NCBI GenBank assembly: GCA_947442475.1
Contig: CANEVP010000005.1
Location: 4,308-68,307 of the forward strand
Source of the DNA: Rickettsiales bacterium
GTDB lineage: Bacteria; Pseudomonadota; Alphaproteobacteria; Rickettsiales; UBA1997
DNA length: 64,000 nt
Reading direction: 5' to 3'
The notes beneath the pieces were generated by a model. It made no database searches. It was given only the letters and a program-made list of their open reading frames with translations, and was not told the DNA's origin. The translations under genes and the position numbers were made by a program. Below, piece after piece: positions 8,781 through 19,281 of the stretch (its first letter is position 1; each line of letters begins with the position of its first letter).

Positions 8781-9665
8781 TCAGCCTATGATTTTTATTT
8801 CCCATTCCAAATTGACCCCAGATTTTTCTTTGACCAATTTTTTTACCTTATTTCCCAAATCAATTAAATCCTGCGCTGAAGCGCTTTTTTGATTAATCAT
8901 AAAGTTGCAATGCTTCTCAGAAATTTGGGCATCTCCATTAGTCATACCGCGACATCCCGCTTCGTCAATTAACTGCCAAGCTTTTAGATTTTCAGGATTT
9001 TTAAATGTGCTGCCGCCAGTTTTGGCACGAATTGGCTGCGCTTTTTCGCGCTGTTGATTTAGCTCAGCAATTTTTTCGGCGACAATTTCTACAGTGGATT
9101 TTTTACCTTTAAGCAAGGCTTCGACAAAAATAAAATTTTTAGAAATTTTATTGCCGCGATAATAAAATCCGAAATCAGAATTTTTTAATTCGATTAAATT
9201 TCCTTCAAAATCGAGCGCCTTGGCACTGACTAAAATTTGCGCCATCTCGGAGCCGTAACATCCACCATTCATGGCGATTGCGCCACCGATTGATCCCGGA
9301 ATTCCGCTTAAAAATTCTAATTCGGCCAAGGCTTCGTTTTTAGAAAATAAAGCAACATTACCGCATAAAGTTGCGGCCCCCGCTTTAATAAATTCACCGT
9401 CACAAGAAGTTTTGGCAAACTCGCCGCCAAGCCTAATTACGACACCTTTTACACCTTCATCACGAATGATTACGTTTGAGGCGGCACCCAAAATATTAAT
9501 TGGGATTTCCTTCGGATAATTTTTTAAAAAATCTTGTAAATCTGCAATGTCGGCTGGGCGAAACATAATTTCGGCTTTGCCACCAACATCAAACCAACTT
9601 TTTAATTCAGCGTTTTCGCGATAAATTCCGCGCACTTTTGGTAAAATTTTTAAGAGATCAGACAT
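8781..9665 (-). CDS. murB: UDP-N-acetylenolpyruvoylglucosamine reductase
   Basis: 294 aa. FAD-binding domain (ILGAASNVIIRDEGVKGVVIRL, GIPGSIGGAIAMNGG) and the C-terminal GSTFKNP...A(W/G)xLI(D/E)xxG motif. Confidence 0.9.
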   Translation of the reverse strand: MSDLLKILPKVRGIYRENAELKSWFDVGGKAEIMFRPADIADLQDFLKNYPKEIPINILGAASNVIIRDEGVKGVVIRLGGEFAKTSCDGEFIKAGAATLCGNVALFSKNEALAELEFLSGIPGSIGGAIAMNGGCYGSEMAQILVSAKALDFEGNLIELKNSDFGFYYRGNKISKNFIFVEALLKGKKSTVEIVAEKIAELNQQREKAQPIRAKTGGSTFKNPENLKAWQLIDEAGCRGMTNGDAQISEKHCNFMINQKSASAQDLIDLGNKVKKLVKEKSGVNLEWEIKIIG

Positions 9666-10353
9666 TGTGACTTAAATTAAAAATTACCGAAACGCGACCT
9701 TCGACCCCAGCCTTCTTTTGATATTTTGTTGTCACCCAATTGGCTGGAAAATTTTGCCAATCTTTTTTGGAATTAGCTTCCCACAAAAATTTCTTACTGC
9801 GCGAAATTTCGCATAAAATCCAAGTTTTGTAAGAGTCGTGATCGGTTGCAATTGTAAGATTGGCGCCAGATTTCATTTTTGGCGATAAAACTTCATCTAA
9901 AAATTCTGCAGTGATTAAGCGGCGTTTAAAATGACGAAATTTTGGCCAAGGATCGGGAAATAAAATAAAGATTTGGTCAAAATTTTTATCAGGAAATTTC
10001 GCAAGCAGAAGTCGCACATCTTCGCGCGAAACTTTTAAATTTGGCAGTGGCTCGGCTTCAAGTTTAGCTAGTAAATTTGCCACTCCGTTGACATGTGGCT
10101 CGGCGCCAAAAAAGAAAGTGTCGGGATTTGTTTTAGCTTTTTCAAAAAGAAAATCACCAAAACCAAAACCGATTTCAAGGCAGGTTTTTTGTGAGAGAGA
10201 TGCGAAGCTTTCGATCTCGTAACGCGGCAATAAATCTTCAAGCAGCGTGGTTTTGTGACCAGAAAATTTACGACTTTTAACGCGTCCGAAACTGCGAATT
10301 AAACGATTATTTGGAGAGTTTGGCAATTCTTGCTGCATGTCTTGCGCCTTCAA
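9658..10353 (-). CDS. trmB: tRNA (guanine46-N7)-methyltransferase
   Basis: 231 aa with LEIGFGFGDFL (SAM site), the FPDPWPK signature and TDHDSY. The true start is uncertain, because the track ORF overlaps the rpiB 3' end by 47 nt. Confidence 0.85.
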   Translation of the reverse strand: MKAQDMQQELPNSPNNRLIRSFGRVKSRKFSGHKTTLLEDLLPRYEIESFASLSQKTCLEIGFGFGDFLFEKAKTNPDTFFFGAEPHVNGVANLLAKLEAEPLPNLKVSREDVRLLLAKFPDKNFDQIFILFPDPWPKFRHFKRRLITAEFLDEVLSPKMKSGANLTIATDHDSYKTWILCEISRSKKFLWEANSKKDWQNFPANWVTTKYQKKAGVEGRVSVIFNLSHNV

Positions 10354-10771
10354 ATTCAGTGGAAAAAAAAGCTTTCACAATCGAAAGCGCAGATTTGTTT
10401 GTAATTACTCGCGCACCAAGACAAAGCACATTGGCATCATTATGAGCGCGCGCCAATTTTGTTGCTTTTACATCATGACAAAGCGCCGCTCTGATATGTT
10501 TAAAACGATTAGCGGCAATTGAAATGCCAATGCCTGAACCGCAAATTAAAATACCCTGAAGCTGATTCTTTTTGGTAATTTTTTTAGAAAGTTTTTGGGC
10601 GTAATCGGGATAATCCACCGATTTTTCAGCTGAGTCGCAACCGAGATCTAAAATCTCAAATTGTAATTTTTTTAATTCTTCGATGAGAAATTGTTTTAAA
10701 GCGAATCCGGCGTGATCGGAGGCAATGAGGATTTTTGGTAAATCTGTTTTCTTTGGGGGGGATTTTTTCAT
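10307..10771 (-). CDS. rpiB: Ribose-5-phosphate isomerase B
   Basis: 154 aa with IASDHAGFALK, ILICGSGIGISIAANR and ARxHNDANVLCLGARV, characteristic RpiB/LacAB motifs. Confidence 0.9.
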   Translation of the reverse strand: MKKSPPKKTDLPKILIASDHAGFALKQFLIEELKKLQFEILDLGCDSAEKSVDYPDYAQKLSKKITKKNQLQGILICGSGIGISIAANRFKHIRAALCHDVKATKLARAHNDANVLCLGARVITNKSALSIVKAFFSTEFEGARHAARIAKLSK

Positions 10772-10775
10772 CTCT

Positions 10776-10809
10776 ATAAAAAGTAAAGGCGACCCAAACT
10801 GGGTCGCCC
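10776..10809 (-). terminator. Rho-independent terminator after rpsI
   Basis: 8-bp GC stem ggcgaccc/gggtcgcc (10788-10795 / 10801-10808). On the minus strand it is followed by tttactttttat. Sits 8 nt after the rpsI stop. Confidence 0.7.
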
Positions 10810-10816
10810 ATACGAA

Positions 10817-11293
10817 TTATCTCTTACGGTAAGTCTGAGCTTTACGAGCTTTTTTCAAGCCATATTTCTTACGCTCAACCACACGTGAGTCACGAGTTAA
10901 GAACCCGCCATCACGAAGTGACTTGTGAGTTGTTGGGTCAAATGCAACTAGTGCTTTACTGATCCCATGTGCCAAGGCGCCAGCTTGTCCTGATTTTCCG
11001 CCGCCAGCAATTGTGGCAATAACATCAAATTTATTTTCATTTTTGGTAGTTCCAAAAGGAGCCACTGCAATGTTGAACAAGATTTCTCTGCCAAGATAAA
11101 TCTTAGCATCGCGATCATTAACCGTAACTTTGCCAGTTCCTTTTTTGATCCAAACGCGCGCCGCAGCATTTTTTCTTTTGCCAGTTCCGTAAGCGCGCCC
11201 TTGAGCGTCAACTTTACGCTCTCTTGGAAGAGCGGCAATTCCAGCTGGAATTTCTTTAACTTCGATGATTTTTTCTTTTACAACTGAAGACAT
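10817..11293 (-). CDS. rpsI: 30S ribosomal protein S9
   Basis: 158 aa ending in the canonical …RKKYGLKKARKAQTYRKR (S9 C-terminal KR). Also GTGKRKNAAARV and GGGKSGQAGA. Confidence 0.95.
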   Translation of the reverse strand: MSSVVKEKIIEVKEIPAGIAALPRERKVDAQGRAYGTGKRKNAAARVWIKKGTGKVTVNDRDAKIYLGREILFNIAVAPFGTTKNENKFDVIATIAGGGKSGQAGALAHGISKALVAFDPTTHKSLRDGGFLTRDSRVVERKKYGLKKARKAQTYRKR

Positions 11294-11301
11294 AGTTTTG
11301 A

Positions 11302-11769
11302 TTAGTTAGTTTTTGTATTTTTGCGATTCTTTGAAGCAATGTCCAAAACTTGTGGGTTTTGTGCTTGATGATTATGTACTGCGCCTTTGAAGATACGCAA
11401 TTTAGTCATAATATCGCGCTGCAATGGTCCGCGAGAAATCATGCGAGAAACTGCACTTTCCAAAATTCTTTCAGGAAATTTTCCTTCAATGATTTCGCGA
11501 GCTGTTCTTTCTTTGATTCCACCTGGGTGGCCAGTGTGCCAATAGTATTTTTTCTCGGCATATTTTTTGCCGGTCAATTTTACTTTCTCAGCATTAATGA
11601 TCACAACGTGATCACCGCAATCAAGATTCGGTGTGAATGTTGCTTTATGTTTACCGCGAAGCAAATTAGCAACAATCGTAGCAACTCTACCCAGAACTAG
11701 TCCCTCGGCATCAATCAACCACCATTTTCTTTCAATTTCGCTAGGTTTAGCGACGTAAGTTTTAAGCAT
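11302..11769 (-). CDS. rplM: 50S ribosomal protein L13
   Basis: 155 aa with [27 protein letters not shown] and [10 protein letters not shown]. Forms the usual rplM-rpsI pair. Confidence 0.95.
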   Translation of the reverse strand: MLKTYVAKPSEIERKWWLIDAEGLVLGRVATIVANLLRGKHKATFTPNLDCGDHVVIINAEKVKLTGKKYAEKKYYWHTGHPGGIKERTAREIIEGKFPERILESAVSRMISRGPLQRDIMTKLRIFKGAVHNHQAQNPQVLDIASKNRKNTKTN

Positions 11770-11885
11770 AGAATATCCTTCTTCGAATTAAGCTGAATTT
11801 ATAAAAATATTTGGGAACACAAGCGGGAAAAGAGGCGGCGCATTAAAGTTAGCAAAAGCTAGAAGTCAAATTAAATTTTCTTATT

Positions 11886-12470
11886 CTAGCGCAAAAGCAC
11901 AAAATCACTTTTAAGCATACTGAACGCGCAAACATCAACATAGGCCCCGCGATGGTAACGATGTTGGCGCAAAATACCCTCCAAAACAAATCCGGTTTTT
12001 AACAAAAGATGTTTTGAAGTTTCATTATTTGTTGAAGCAAAAGCCTCAATTCTATTGACACGACCGTAATAAAAATTTTCAAAAGCATATTTTAACACTG
12101 CTTTAATCGCATTGGTCATAATGCCCCGACCCCAATATGCGCAGGCCAAATCGTAACTAATTTCAATTCTACTTTGGTAAGCATTGTAACTGGTAAGGCC
12201 AATTGAACCAATCATGCGACCAGTCGCTTTATCGCCGATAGCAAAGTAGATTCCGTCATTTTGGTAAAAGACGTTGCGCCAATAATGCAACTCTCTTCTA
12301 GCACTTTCTAAATCATGCGGAATCTCGCATAAAATAAATTTATTAACTTCGGGATCGGCGTAATAAGCAAAAAAATCTTCAACATCGGCGTCGCATTTTT
12401 CACGCAACACAAAATCACCCAAATCAATTATTGGAAAAACTTTTTGTGAATTTTGACTGTAATCTCGCAT
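11886..12470 (-). CDS. GNAT acetyltransferase, RimJ/RimL-like
   Basis: 194 aa. Has the pattern typical of ribosomal-protein N-acetyltransferases: IGSIGL…, WGRGIMTNA…, NRIEA…NxxSxxLLxKxGFxxEG. Confidence 0.65.
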   Translation of the reverse strand: MRDYSQNSQKVFPIIDLGDFVLREKCDADVEDFFAYYADPEVNKFILCEIPHDLESARRELHYWRNVFYQNDGIYFAIGDKATGRMIGSIGLTSYNAYQSRIEISYDLACAYWGRGIMTNAIKAVLKYAFENFYYGRVNRIEAFASTNNETSKHLLLKTGFVLEGILRQHRYHRGAYVDVCAFSMLKSDFVLLR

Positions 12471-13355
12471 CTAGCTTTTATCTAAAATTGAAATTTCTAC
12501 CAACTTCATCGAGCGACTATCGGCATCAATAATTTTAAAATTTAATCCGTATTTCTCAATTTCTTCATCAATTTCAGGAACACGCTTGAACAGCGCCATA
12601 ACTAAGCCGCCGATGGTGTGAAACTCGTCATCATCTTGCTTAATTTTGATCTGCAAAATCTCTTCGACTTTCTCAATATCAACTCGTCCGCCAAATTGAA
12701 AAACTTTGTCGTTAATTTTTTTGACTCGAAAAGAAAGGCTGTCCGATGGCAAATCATGCTCGTCTTCAATGTCGCCAACAATTTGTTCCATTAAATTTTC
12801 AATCGTCACAAAACCGTCAACGCCACCAAATTCATCCAAAACAATCGCCACATGAACTTGCGCCAAACGCATGCGGCGCATTACTTCAAGTAATTTCATT
12901 GAACCAGGAACGAATAAAATTTTACGCAAAACTTTCGCCACGCTAAATTGCTGATCTTCTTTACAAAGAAACTTCGCCAGATCTTTGCTGTGAATAAAGC
13001 CAATAATTTCGTCGAGATCTTCTTTAAAAACCGGAAGCCTGGTATGTCCGTCAGTTGTGATAATTTTTTTAACTTCTTCGAGTGTGGCATTGTGCTTAAT
13101 CGCAATCAAATCAGCTCTTGGGGTCATCACATTGCAAACTTTTTTGTCGCCAAAAGATGCAATATTTTTGAACATTTTTTTCTCTTCAGCGCTAATCAAA
13201 CCTTCTTTTTCATAATCTTCTAACAAGTGCGAAATAACGGAAAAAAATGACTTTTTGGTTTTTTTGCCAAAGAGATTAAGGAAAAAGCTTAATAATTTTT
13301 TAAAACGAGATTTGCCTTTAACAGCGCGAGCCTTCTTCTTCGACGAGCCTTCCAT
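12471..13355 (-). CDS. tlyC: CBS-domain / CorC_HlyC protein (TlyC/CorC family)
   Basis: 294 aa. CBS pair (VMTPRADL…, HTRLPV…) followed by the transporter-associated C-terminal domain (HTIGGLV…). Sits in a ybeY-tlyC arrangement. Confidence 0.8.
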   Translation of the reverse strand: MEGSSKKKARAVKGKSRFKKLLSFFLNLFGKKTKKSFFSVISHLLEDYEKEGLISAEEKKMFKNIASFGDKKVCNVMTPRADLIAIKHNATLEEVKKIITTDGHTRLPVFKEDLDEIIGFIHSKDLAKFLCKEDQQFSVAKVLRKILFVPGSMKLLEVMRRMRLAQVHVAIVLDEFGGVDGFVTIENLMEQIVGDIEDEHDLPSDSLSFRVKKINDKVFQFGGRVDIEKVEEILQIKIKQDDDEFHTIGGLVMALFKRVPEIDEEIEKYGLNFKIIDADSRSMKLVEISILDKS

Positions 13356-13358
13356 TGA

Positions 13359-13880
13359 TTAGTGATTTTGTTGATAGGGATTTTGAATTTTTAGCGTTTT
13401 CAAAATTTTTATTTCGAGATTTTCCATGATTTTTGCCATCTTTTCATCTTCGTGGTCAAAGCCGATCAAGTGCAAAATACTGTGCAAAATCAAGTGCGTC
13501 AAATGCTCATGAAATTTCTTTTTTTGTGCAAGGGATTCTTTTTTGACTGTTTCGTAAGCAATAACAATGTCGCCCAAAAGCAAATAGTTACAAGCCCCAA
13601 TCGCTTTTTTTAAACCGATCTGGCGAATTAAATTTTCATCCAAATTAGAAAATGACAAAACATCGGTGGCCTTATTTTTGTCACGAAATTGCTGATTTAT
13701 TTTTTTAATCTGCGCGTCTGAAACCAGAGAAACCGCAATTTCCAGCGTGAAATTTTTAGTCAAAAGTTTTTTTAAATCGGTGAGCGGAATAATTTTTTGG
13801 CAGATTTTTTCGACCAGTTCTTCGATGTTTTTTTCTTCATTCCATTTTTTGCTCTTTGTCTCCAAATCAATAAGAATCAT
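13359..13880 (-). CDS. ybeY: Endoribonuclease YbeY (rRNA maturation factor)
   Basis: 173 aa with the zinc site HLILHSILHLIGFDH. Confidence 0.9.
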   Translation of the reverse strand: MILIDLETKSKKWNEEKNIEELVEKICQKIIPLTDLKKLLTKNFTLEIAVSLVSDAQIKKINQQFRDKNKATDVLSFSNLDENLIRQIGLKKAIGACNYLLLGDIVIAYETVKKESLAQKKKFHEHLTHLILHSILHLIGFDHEDEKMAKIMENLEIKILKTLKIQNPYQQNH

Positions 13881-14971
13881 GCATCGCAGCTATTTGGATT
13901 AATGCAGAGCTTCATTTTTTTCGGGCAAATTCTTGCAGGCACTGGTCCAGAAAAAAATCCCAAATCGTCACTAGCATCAACTTTTTTACAAATCGCAACC
14001 AAGCTCTTAATAAAGTGCCCATCCATGTTTAATGCCGGCACGCGCAGATATTCTTCAATGCCAAATTTGTGCGCCAATTCTTTGTAATCGATGTCGAGTT
14101 CAACTAAAGTTTCTGAATGTTCTGACACAAAAGCAACCGGCACAATCACCGGAATTTTTTTATCCAAAGCCGCTCTTTTTATTTCTTGATCTAAACTCGG
14201 CGAAGTCCATTGCAATGGCCCTACTTTTGACTGGTAGCAAATTTGAAAATTAATTTCTTCTTCTTTAACCGCGCAAATTTCTGCTAAGTTTTCGACGATT
14301 TTTTTGGTAGTTTCGGCAACTTGAAAAACATAAGGATCGCCGCGATCAATTAGTTTTTGTGGCAAACCATGTGCCGAAAATAAAAAACGAAATTTCGTAA
14401 AATCAGCACTTGATTTCAAAATTGTTTGCTTAATCAAAAAGCCGTGCGACTTGATGAAATCAGGCTCAGTGGGATAACAGCACACTATTTTTGTCGCTAT
14501 ATTTTTTTCTGATTTTTTGCGGGAAATCTTGAACTTTTCAACAAAATCATCAATCGAAGATTCAGAAGTGGCACTAGAAAATTGGGGATAAAGCGGCAGT
14601 AAAATTAATTGATCGGGATCATATTTTCTAACTTCTTCAACCGCCTCTTCGGCAAAAGGCTTCCAGTAGCGCATCGCAACAAAAACTTTAAAGTTTCCCG
14701 AAAATGATAATTCTTTTTCCAGCTCATAAGCCTGAGCTAGGGTAAAATCCAAAAGCGGTGATTTGCCGCCAATTTGCGCGTAAATTGCTTGCGCCTTTTT
14801 CTCTCTTTTTGACGAAATCAATTTTGCTAAAAAATAACGAAATGGCTGCGGCAACCCAATAATGGCGTGGTCGTTAAATAAATTAAAAAGAAAAGGCTTA
14901 ACTGAAGTTGGTGCGTCAGGGCCACCTAAATTAAATAAAACTACGGCGGTTTTTTTGTTGAGATTTGTCAT
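13877..14971 (-). CDS. hemH: Ferrochelatase
   Basis: 364 aa with VVLFNLGGPD, LLPLYPQFS, FSAHGLP and SEHSETL motifs. Cys-containing C-terminal tail ICPKKMKLCINPNSC. Confidence 0.9.
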   Translation of the reverse strand: MTNLNKKTAVVLFNLGGPDAPTSVKPFLFNLFNDHAIIGLPQPFRYFLAKLISSKREKKAQAIYAQIGGKSPLLDFTLAQAYELEKELSFSGNFKVFVAMRYWKPFAEEAVEEVRKYDPDQLILLPLYPQFSSATSESSIDDFVEKFKISRKKSEKNIATKIVCCYPTEPDFIKSHGFLIKQTILKSSADFTKFRFLFSAHGLPQKLIDRGDPYVFQVAETTKKIVENLAEICAVKEEEINFQICYQSKVGPLQWTSPSLDQEIKRAALDKKIPVIVPVAFVSEHSETLVELDIDYKELAHKFGIEEYLRVPALNMDGHFIKSLVAICKKVDASDDLGFFSGPVPARICPKKMKLCINPNSCDA

Positions 14972-15759
14972 TTAAAAAAAATTTTTTTGAAGCCCAAGCT
15001 GCCGATAAAAATCAGCGAAAAAATTACCACAATTGCTGGGCTAATTGTTAAATCGTAAATTGTTGCAGCCTTGAATGAAAGCGCCGCAATCAATATTGCA
15101 ACTAGGGGGCTTAGCATCATCATCTGCTTGGCTGTACTTGAAAAAATTCGCGCAATTGCTGCTGGCAAAATCAAAAGGGCCGTCATTAAAAATACACCAA
15201 CAATACGCGCCGACAAGGCGATTGAAACTGAAAGCAAAATTAAAAAAGACAAATTCCACAGCTCAATTTTAACGCCCTCAATTTGTGCTAAATCTTGACT
15301 GGCATTAATTAGTAAAAGTTTTTTGAAGGCGAAAATAACGTAGAAAATTGTGACCAAGGTAATTATGGCAAGCGCCCAGATATCAAGGTTTACCACCGTT
15401 AGAACATCACCAAAAATGTAAGAAGTAAAAGAGAAGTTTTTTAGCCACAGATCATTTAGAATCAATGACGTGGCCACGCAAAAATAAGACAAAATCATCA
15501 CGATTACGTCTTTTGAAAAATAGCGATTTTGTGAAATCAAGCGCACCAAAAATGCGAAAACGCAGGCGAAAAAAATAATCGCAGAAATTTGATTCAATTC
15601 ACCAATCGCACCCAAAACTAACCCGAGCAAAATTGAGTGCGACAAGGCGTCGCCGAAATAAGATAATTTTTTCCACAAAACAAAAACGCCCAGTAGCGAC
15701 GAAGAAATTGCGATCAAAATTATGGCAAAAAAAGGATTAACCAGAAAAGCTTCAATCAC
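14968..15759 (-). CDS. znuB: ABC-3 family metal (Zn/Mn) transporter permease
   Basis: 263 aa polytopic membrane protein with the ZnuB-like pattern FFGDALSHS…LG near the N-terminus. No cognate ATPase or SBP is adjacent. Confidence 0.65.
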   Translation of the reverse strand: MIEAFLVNPFFAIILIAISSSLLGVFVLWKKLSYFGDALSHSILLGLVLGAIGELNQISAIIFFACVFAFLVRLISQNRYFSKDVIVMILSYFCVATSLILNDLWLKNFSFTSYIFGDVLTVVNLDIWALAIITLVTIFYVIFAFKKLLLINASQDLAQIEGVKIELWNLSFLILLSVSIALSARIVGVFLMTALLILPAAIARIFSSTAKQMMMLSPLVAILIAALSFKAATIYDLTISPAIVVIFSLIFIGSLGFKKIFFK

Positions 15760-15830
15760 TTGAGTTTTTGTTTTTTCAATTATTAGAATTTAGCGCCTAT
15801 CTTCCTTCTATCTTCAACAAAATTCGAACC

Positions 15831-16226
15831 ATGTCAGAAAAAACCAAAGAATCGCTTTCTGTTTTTATGAAAAAGCAAATCAGCGAAAAATCTAGCAAAA
15901 AAACTTTAGCCAAAAAGCTCAATGCCGCTGCCGCAAAAAATTTGCAACCTGGACAAGAAAAAGAAAAAGAGGGCGAAAGCCCCGAAGATGAAATGACTGA
16001 TGAAGAAAAATTAGAAGAAGCCAAAAAAGCGTCACGCAACAAAGCCGCCGGACAAGATCAAACTGAAATGTTGAAAAAACTTTTCATGGAGAATTGCGCT
16101 AAATATTTGCTGATGATTTCAATGCTGGTCGTGCTTTCGATTGGCGTGATTAAATTTGGACCAGCAATGGTTGCTACTTTAAACGGCTTAGTTACCAAAA
16201 TGATTCTTGGGTCTTTTGGAAAATAG
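15831..16226 (+). CDS. Hypothetical tail-anchored membrane protein with K/E-rich disordered N-terminus
   Basis: Start moved to the internal ATG (MSEKTKE…). Charged low-complexity N-terminal part and a single C-terminal TM. No recognisable family. Confidence 0.4.
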   Translation: MSEKTKESLSVFMKKQISEKSSKKTLAKKLNAAAAKNLQPGQEKEKEGESPEDEMTDEEKLEEAKKASRNKAAGQDQTEMLKKLFMENCAKYLLMISMLVVLSIGVIKFGPAMVATLNGLVTKMILGSFGK

Positions 16227-16313
16227 CTAAAAAACCCCTCGGTTTGACTTTTTATTTTGCCCAAATTACAAGTCCTAACCTTCATTTCTGGACTCAACCT
16301 ACCCCTCAAAAAA

Positions 16314-17321
16314 ATGGTCAAAAAATCTGACGTCAAGCTGTCGCACAACCTTTCTAAAGAAAAAGAATTTTCCAAAAAAGAGCTACTCGAATTTTACCGC
16401 GAAATGCTTTTGATCCGTCGCTTTGAAGAAAAAGCCGGACAACTTTATGGCATGGGATTGATCGCTGGATTTTGCCACCTTTACATCGGTCAAGAAGCAA
16501 TCGCCACCGGCATGCGCGCCACCATGAAAGATGGCGACAAAGTAATTACAACTTACCGCGATCACGGCCACATGATTTCAGTTGGCTCTGACCCAAAAAA
16601 AATTATGGCCGAACTTTTAGGGCGCCGCGACGGATCTTCTAAAGGCAAAGGCGGCTCGATGCATTTATTTGATTTAGAAAAACATTTTTACGGTGGCCAC
16701 GGCATCGTCGGTGCTTCTGTGCCAATTGGCGCCGGACTTGCATTTTCTGATAAATATCGCGGCAATGAAAATGTTACTTACTGCTATTTCGGCGACGGCG
16801 CGGCGCATCAAGGCCAAGTTTACGAATCTTTCAACATGGCCAAATTGTGGAATCTGCCGGTTCTTTTCATCATTGAAAATAACCATTACGCGATGGGAAC
16901 TTCTCTTGCTCGCTCTTCTTCAATTGACCAGCTGCATAAGCGTGGTATTGGCTTCAATATTCCCGGAGTAAAAATTAACGGGATGGATGTTTTTGATGTG
17001 ATTCGTGACGCCCAAAAATGTGTCGATTTCGTACGCTCTGGCAACGGTCCGATGATTCTGGAAATGGACACTTACCGTTATCGCGGACATTCAATGTCTG
17101 ATCCCGCCACCTACCGCAGCAAAGAAGAATTAAACGACAAAAAAGATTTAGATCCAATCGACTCTCTGCGCATCCACATCGAAAAAAATAAAATTGCTAG
17201 TGAAGCTGAAATCAAAAAAATTGACGACTCAGTTAAAAATGAAGTTAACGAAATCGTAGAATTTGCCAAAAACTCTCCAGAGCCGGATGAATCCGAGCTT
17301 TTAACTGAAATTTACAACTAG
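16314..17321 (+). CDS. pdhA: Pyruvate dehydrogenase E1 component, alpha subunit
   Basis: Motifs [28 protein letters not shown], the TPP site [15 protein letters not shown] and [11 protein letters not shown]. Start chosen at the internal ATG (MVKKSD…). Confidence 0.9.
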   Translation: MVKKSDVKLSHNLSKEKEFSKKELLEFYREMLLIRRFEEKAGQLYGMGLIAGFCHLYIGQEAIATGMRATMKDGDKVITTYRDHGHMISVGSDPKKIMAELLGRRDGSSKGKGGSMHLFDLEKHFYGGHGIVGASVPIGAGLAFSDKYRGNENVTYCYFGDGAAHQGQVYESFNMAKLWNLPVLFIIENNHYAMGTSLARSSSIDQLHKRGIGFNIPGVKINGMDVFDVIRDAQKCVDFVRSGNGPMILEMDTYRYRGHSMSDPATYRSKEELNDKKDLDPIDSLRIHIEKNKIASEAEIKKIDDSVKNEVNEIVEFAKNSPEPDESELLTEIYN

Positions 17322-17323
17322 AC

Positions 17324-18310
17324 ATGCTTAGAAAAATTACCGTTCGCGAAGCTCTGCGTGAGGCAATGGCTGAAGAAATGAGAACCAATCCAGAAGTTTT
17401 CGTCATGGGCGAAGAAGTTGCCGAGTATAATGGCGCTTACAAAATCACCCAAGGCTTGCTTGCTGAATTTGGCGAAAAGCGCGTAATCGACACCCCAATC
17501 ACCGAGCAAGGTTTTGCTGGGATTGCAATTGGTGCGGCTTTTACCGGATTAAAACCAGTTGTTGAATTTATGACTTTCAACTTTGCCATGCAGGCAATTG
17601 ACCAAATCATTAACTCTGCCGCTAAAACCGGCTACATGTCGGGTGGACAAGTTCAATGCCCAATCGTGTTTCGTGGCCCAAATGGCGCGGCTTCTCGCGT
17701 TGGCGCTCAACACTCACAATGTTACGCTGCTTGGTACGGCGCAATTCCTGGATTAAAAGTTGTAGCTCCTTACTCAGCTGCTGATTGCAAAGGCTTACTT
17801 AAAGCTGCAATTCGCGATCCAAATCCGGTAGTGTTTTTAGAAAATGAAATCACTTACGGCATGTCTTTTGAAGAAGAATATGACGAAGATCATATTGTTG
17901 AAATCGGCAAAGCTGCCGTGCTTCGCGAAGGCAGCGATGTAACAATTATCGGCTTTTCTTTGGTGGTTAAATTTGCTCTTGAAGCCGCAGAAGAGCTGGC
18001 AAAAGAAGGTATTAGTGCCGAAGTAATCGACCTTCGCACTATTCGCCCAATTGACCGCGAAACAATTGTTAATTCAGTTAAAAAAACCAGCCGTTGCGTA
18101 ACGGTAGAAGAAGGTTTTCCATTTGCCTCAATCGGCAGTGAAATCGCTTCAATTTTAATGGAAAATGCTTTCGATTATTTAGATGCACCAGTAAAAAAAT
18201 TGGCCTCAGTTGATGCGCCGCTTCCTTACGCAGCAAATCTTGAAAGGCTATCCTTACCCAAAACTCAGAACATTATTGACGCGGTTCGGGAAGTTTGTTT
18301 TAAGAATTAA
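17324..18310 (+). CDS. pdhB: Pyruvate dehydrogenase E1 component, beta subunit
   Basis: 328 aa with [25 protein letters not shown] and NxAAxxGAQHSQ. Follows pdhA with a 2-nt gap. Confidence 0.9.
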   Translation: MLRKITVREALREAMAEEMRTNPEVFVMGEEVAEYNGAYKITQGLLAEFGEKRVIDTPITEQGFAGIAIGAAFTGLKPVVEFMTFNFAMQAIDQIINSAAKTGYMSGGQVQCPIVFRGPNGAASRVGAQHSQCYAAWYGAIPGLKVVAPYSAADCKGLLKAAIRDPNPVVFLENEITYGMSFEEEYDEDHIVEIGKAAVLREGSDVTIIGFSLVVKFALEAAEELAKEGISAEVIDLRTIRPIDRETIVNSVKKTSRCVTVEEGFPFASIGSEIASILMENAFDYLDAPVKKLASVDAPLPYAANLERLSLPKTQNIIDAVREVCFKN

Positions 18311-18660
18311 TGAAAGAGAATTTTCTCTACAAATTTGTTAAGAAATACCAAATTTCCAAACCACTTTTTATCGGCTATTTTATTGCCGTATTTACGATTT
18401 TTTATTTCGGATTTTTTATTATTTTTGGCGACAAGGGCATAATTCAGCTCTTCGTTTTAAAGAAACAAATCGATAATAAAGAGGCAACCAAACAAGAAGT
18501 TTCAGGCAAAATGCAGGCCAAAGAAAACATGGTCAATGGCATGAAACCAGAGTCTCTCGACATTGATTTGTTAGACGAGCAAGCGCGAAAAGTTTTGGGA
18601 TATGCCGGAAAAAACGAAGTCGTAATTTATCACGATAAATCCAACAAATCAGACCAATGA
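18310..18660 (+). CDS. ftsB: Septum formation initiator (FtsB/DivIC family)
   Basis: 116 aa. One N-terminal TM, a coiled-coil segment and the C-terminal LDxDLLDEQARKVLGY…EVVI motif typical of FtsB. Confidence 0.65.
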   Translation: MKENFLYKFVKKYQISKPLFIGYFIAVFTIFYFGFFIIFGDKGIIQLFVLKKQIDNKEATKQEVSGKMQAKENMVNGMKPESLDIDLLDEQARKVLGYAGKNEVVIYHDKSNKSDQ

Positions 18661-19274
18661 ATTTACAGAACGAATTCTACCGCAAATGCCTTCACCTATT
18701 GCTGCTAGTGATTCCATTGACTTATCACTATTTAGGAAAATGGAAGGCTTTGATGATTTTTGCACCAATCACTTTGATTGTTGTTTGTCTTGATTTTGCT
18801 CGCCGCTATTCACCAAAAATTAAAAATATTTTCGCTAAAATTTTCGGACCCGTGCTTCGAGAACATGAACTTAACGGCAATAAACTTTGCGGCGCTAGTT
18901 TTGTTGGTTTGGCCACTTGCCTTAATTTTTCACTATTTAAACCCACAATCGCCATTTGCGGATTTTTAATTTTGGTAATCTCTGACACCGCAGCAGCCCT
19001 GATTGGAAAATCATACCCAAGCAAGCCATTTTTTGAAAAATCATCTGCCGGATCTTTGTCATTTTTTATTTTCGGATTATTAATTCTTTTTGGTTGTGGC
19101 GTCGGTTTTCACGAGGGTGCTTGGTTTTTTGTTTTTGGAATTTTTGCCGTTTTCTGCGTCACCATGTTTGAAGCGCGCCCAAGCATTTTCAACACTGACG
19201 ACAATTTTGTTATTCCGATTGGATTTTCAGTAATAATGACTTTTTTTGATCTAGTCTGGAATTACTCCTATTAG
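18657..19274 (+). CDS. Polytopic membrane protein, CTP-dependent polyprenol/phytol kinase-like (COG0170-like)
   Basis: 205 aa, 5-6 TM segments, with ISDTAAALIGK and KSSAGSLSFF motifs resembling the dolichol kinase / phosphatidate cytidylyltransferase superfamily. Confidence 0.4.
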   Translation: MNLQNEFYRKCLHLLLLVIPLTYHYLGKWKALMIFAPITLIVVCLDFARRYSPKIKNIFAKIFGPVLREHELNGNKLCGASFVGLATCLNFSLFKPTIAICGFLILVISDTAAALIGKSYPSKPFFEKSSAGSLSFFIFGLLILFGCGVGFHEGAWFFVFGIFAVFCVTMFEARPSIFNTDDNFVIPIGFSVIMTFFDLVWNYSY

Positions 19275-19281
19275 CTTTTTG

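Noticed and set aside
10753-10767. A6-C7 homopolymer (minus strand aaaaaatccccccc) within the first codons of rpiB, considered as a slipped-strand phase-variation tract.
   Set aside because: rpiB is a housekeeping gene, the tract is short (7 nt) and simply encodes KKSPPK. There is no evidence for variable length from a single sequence.
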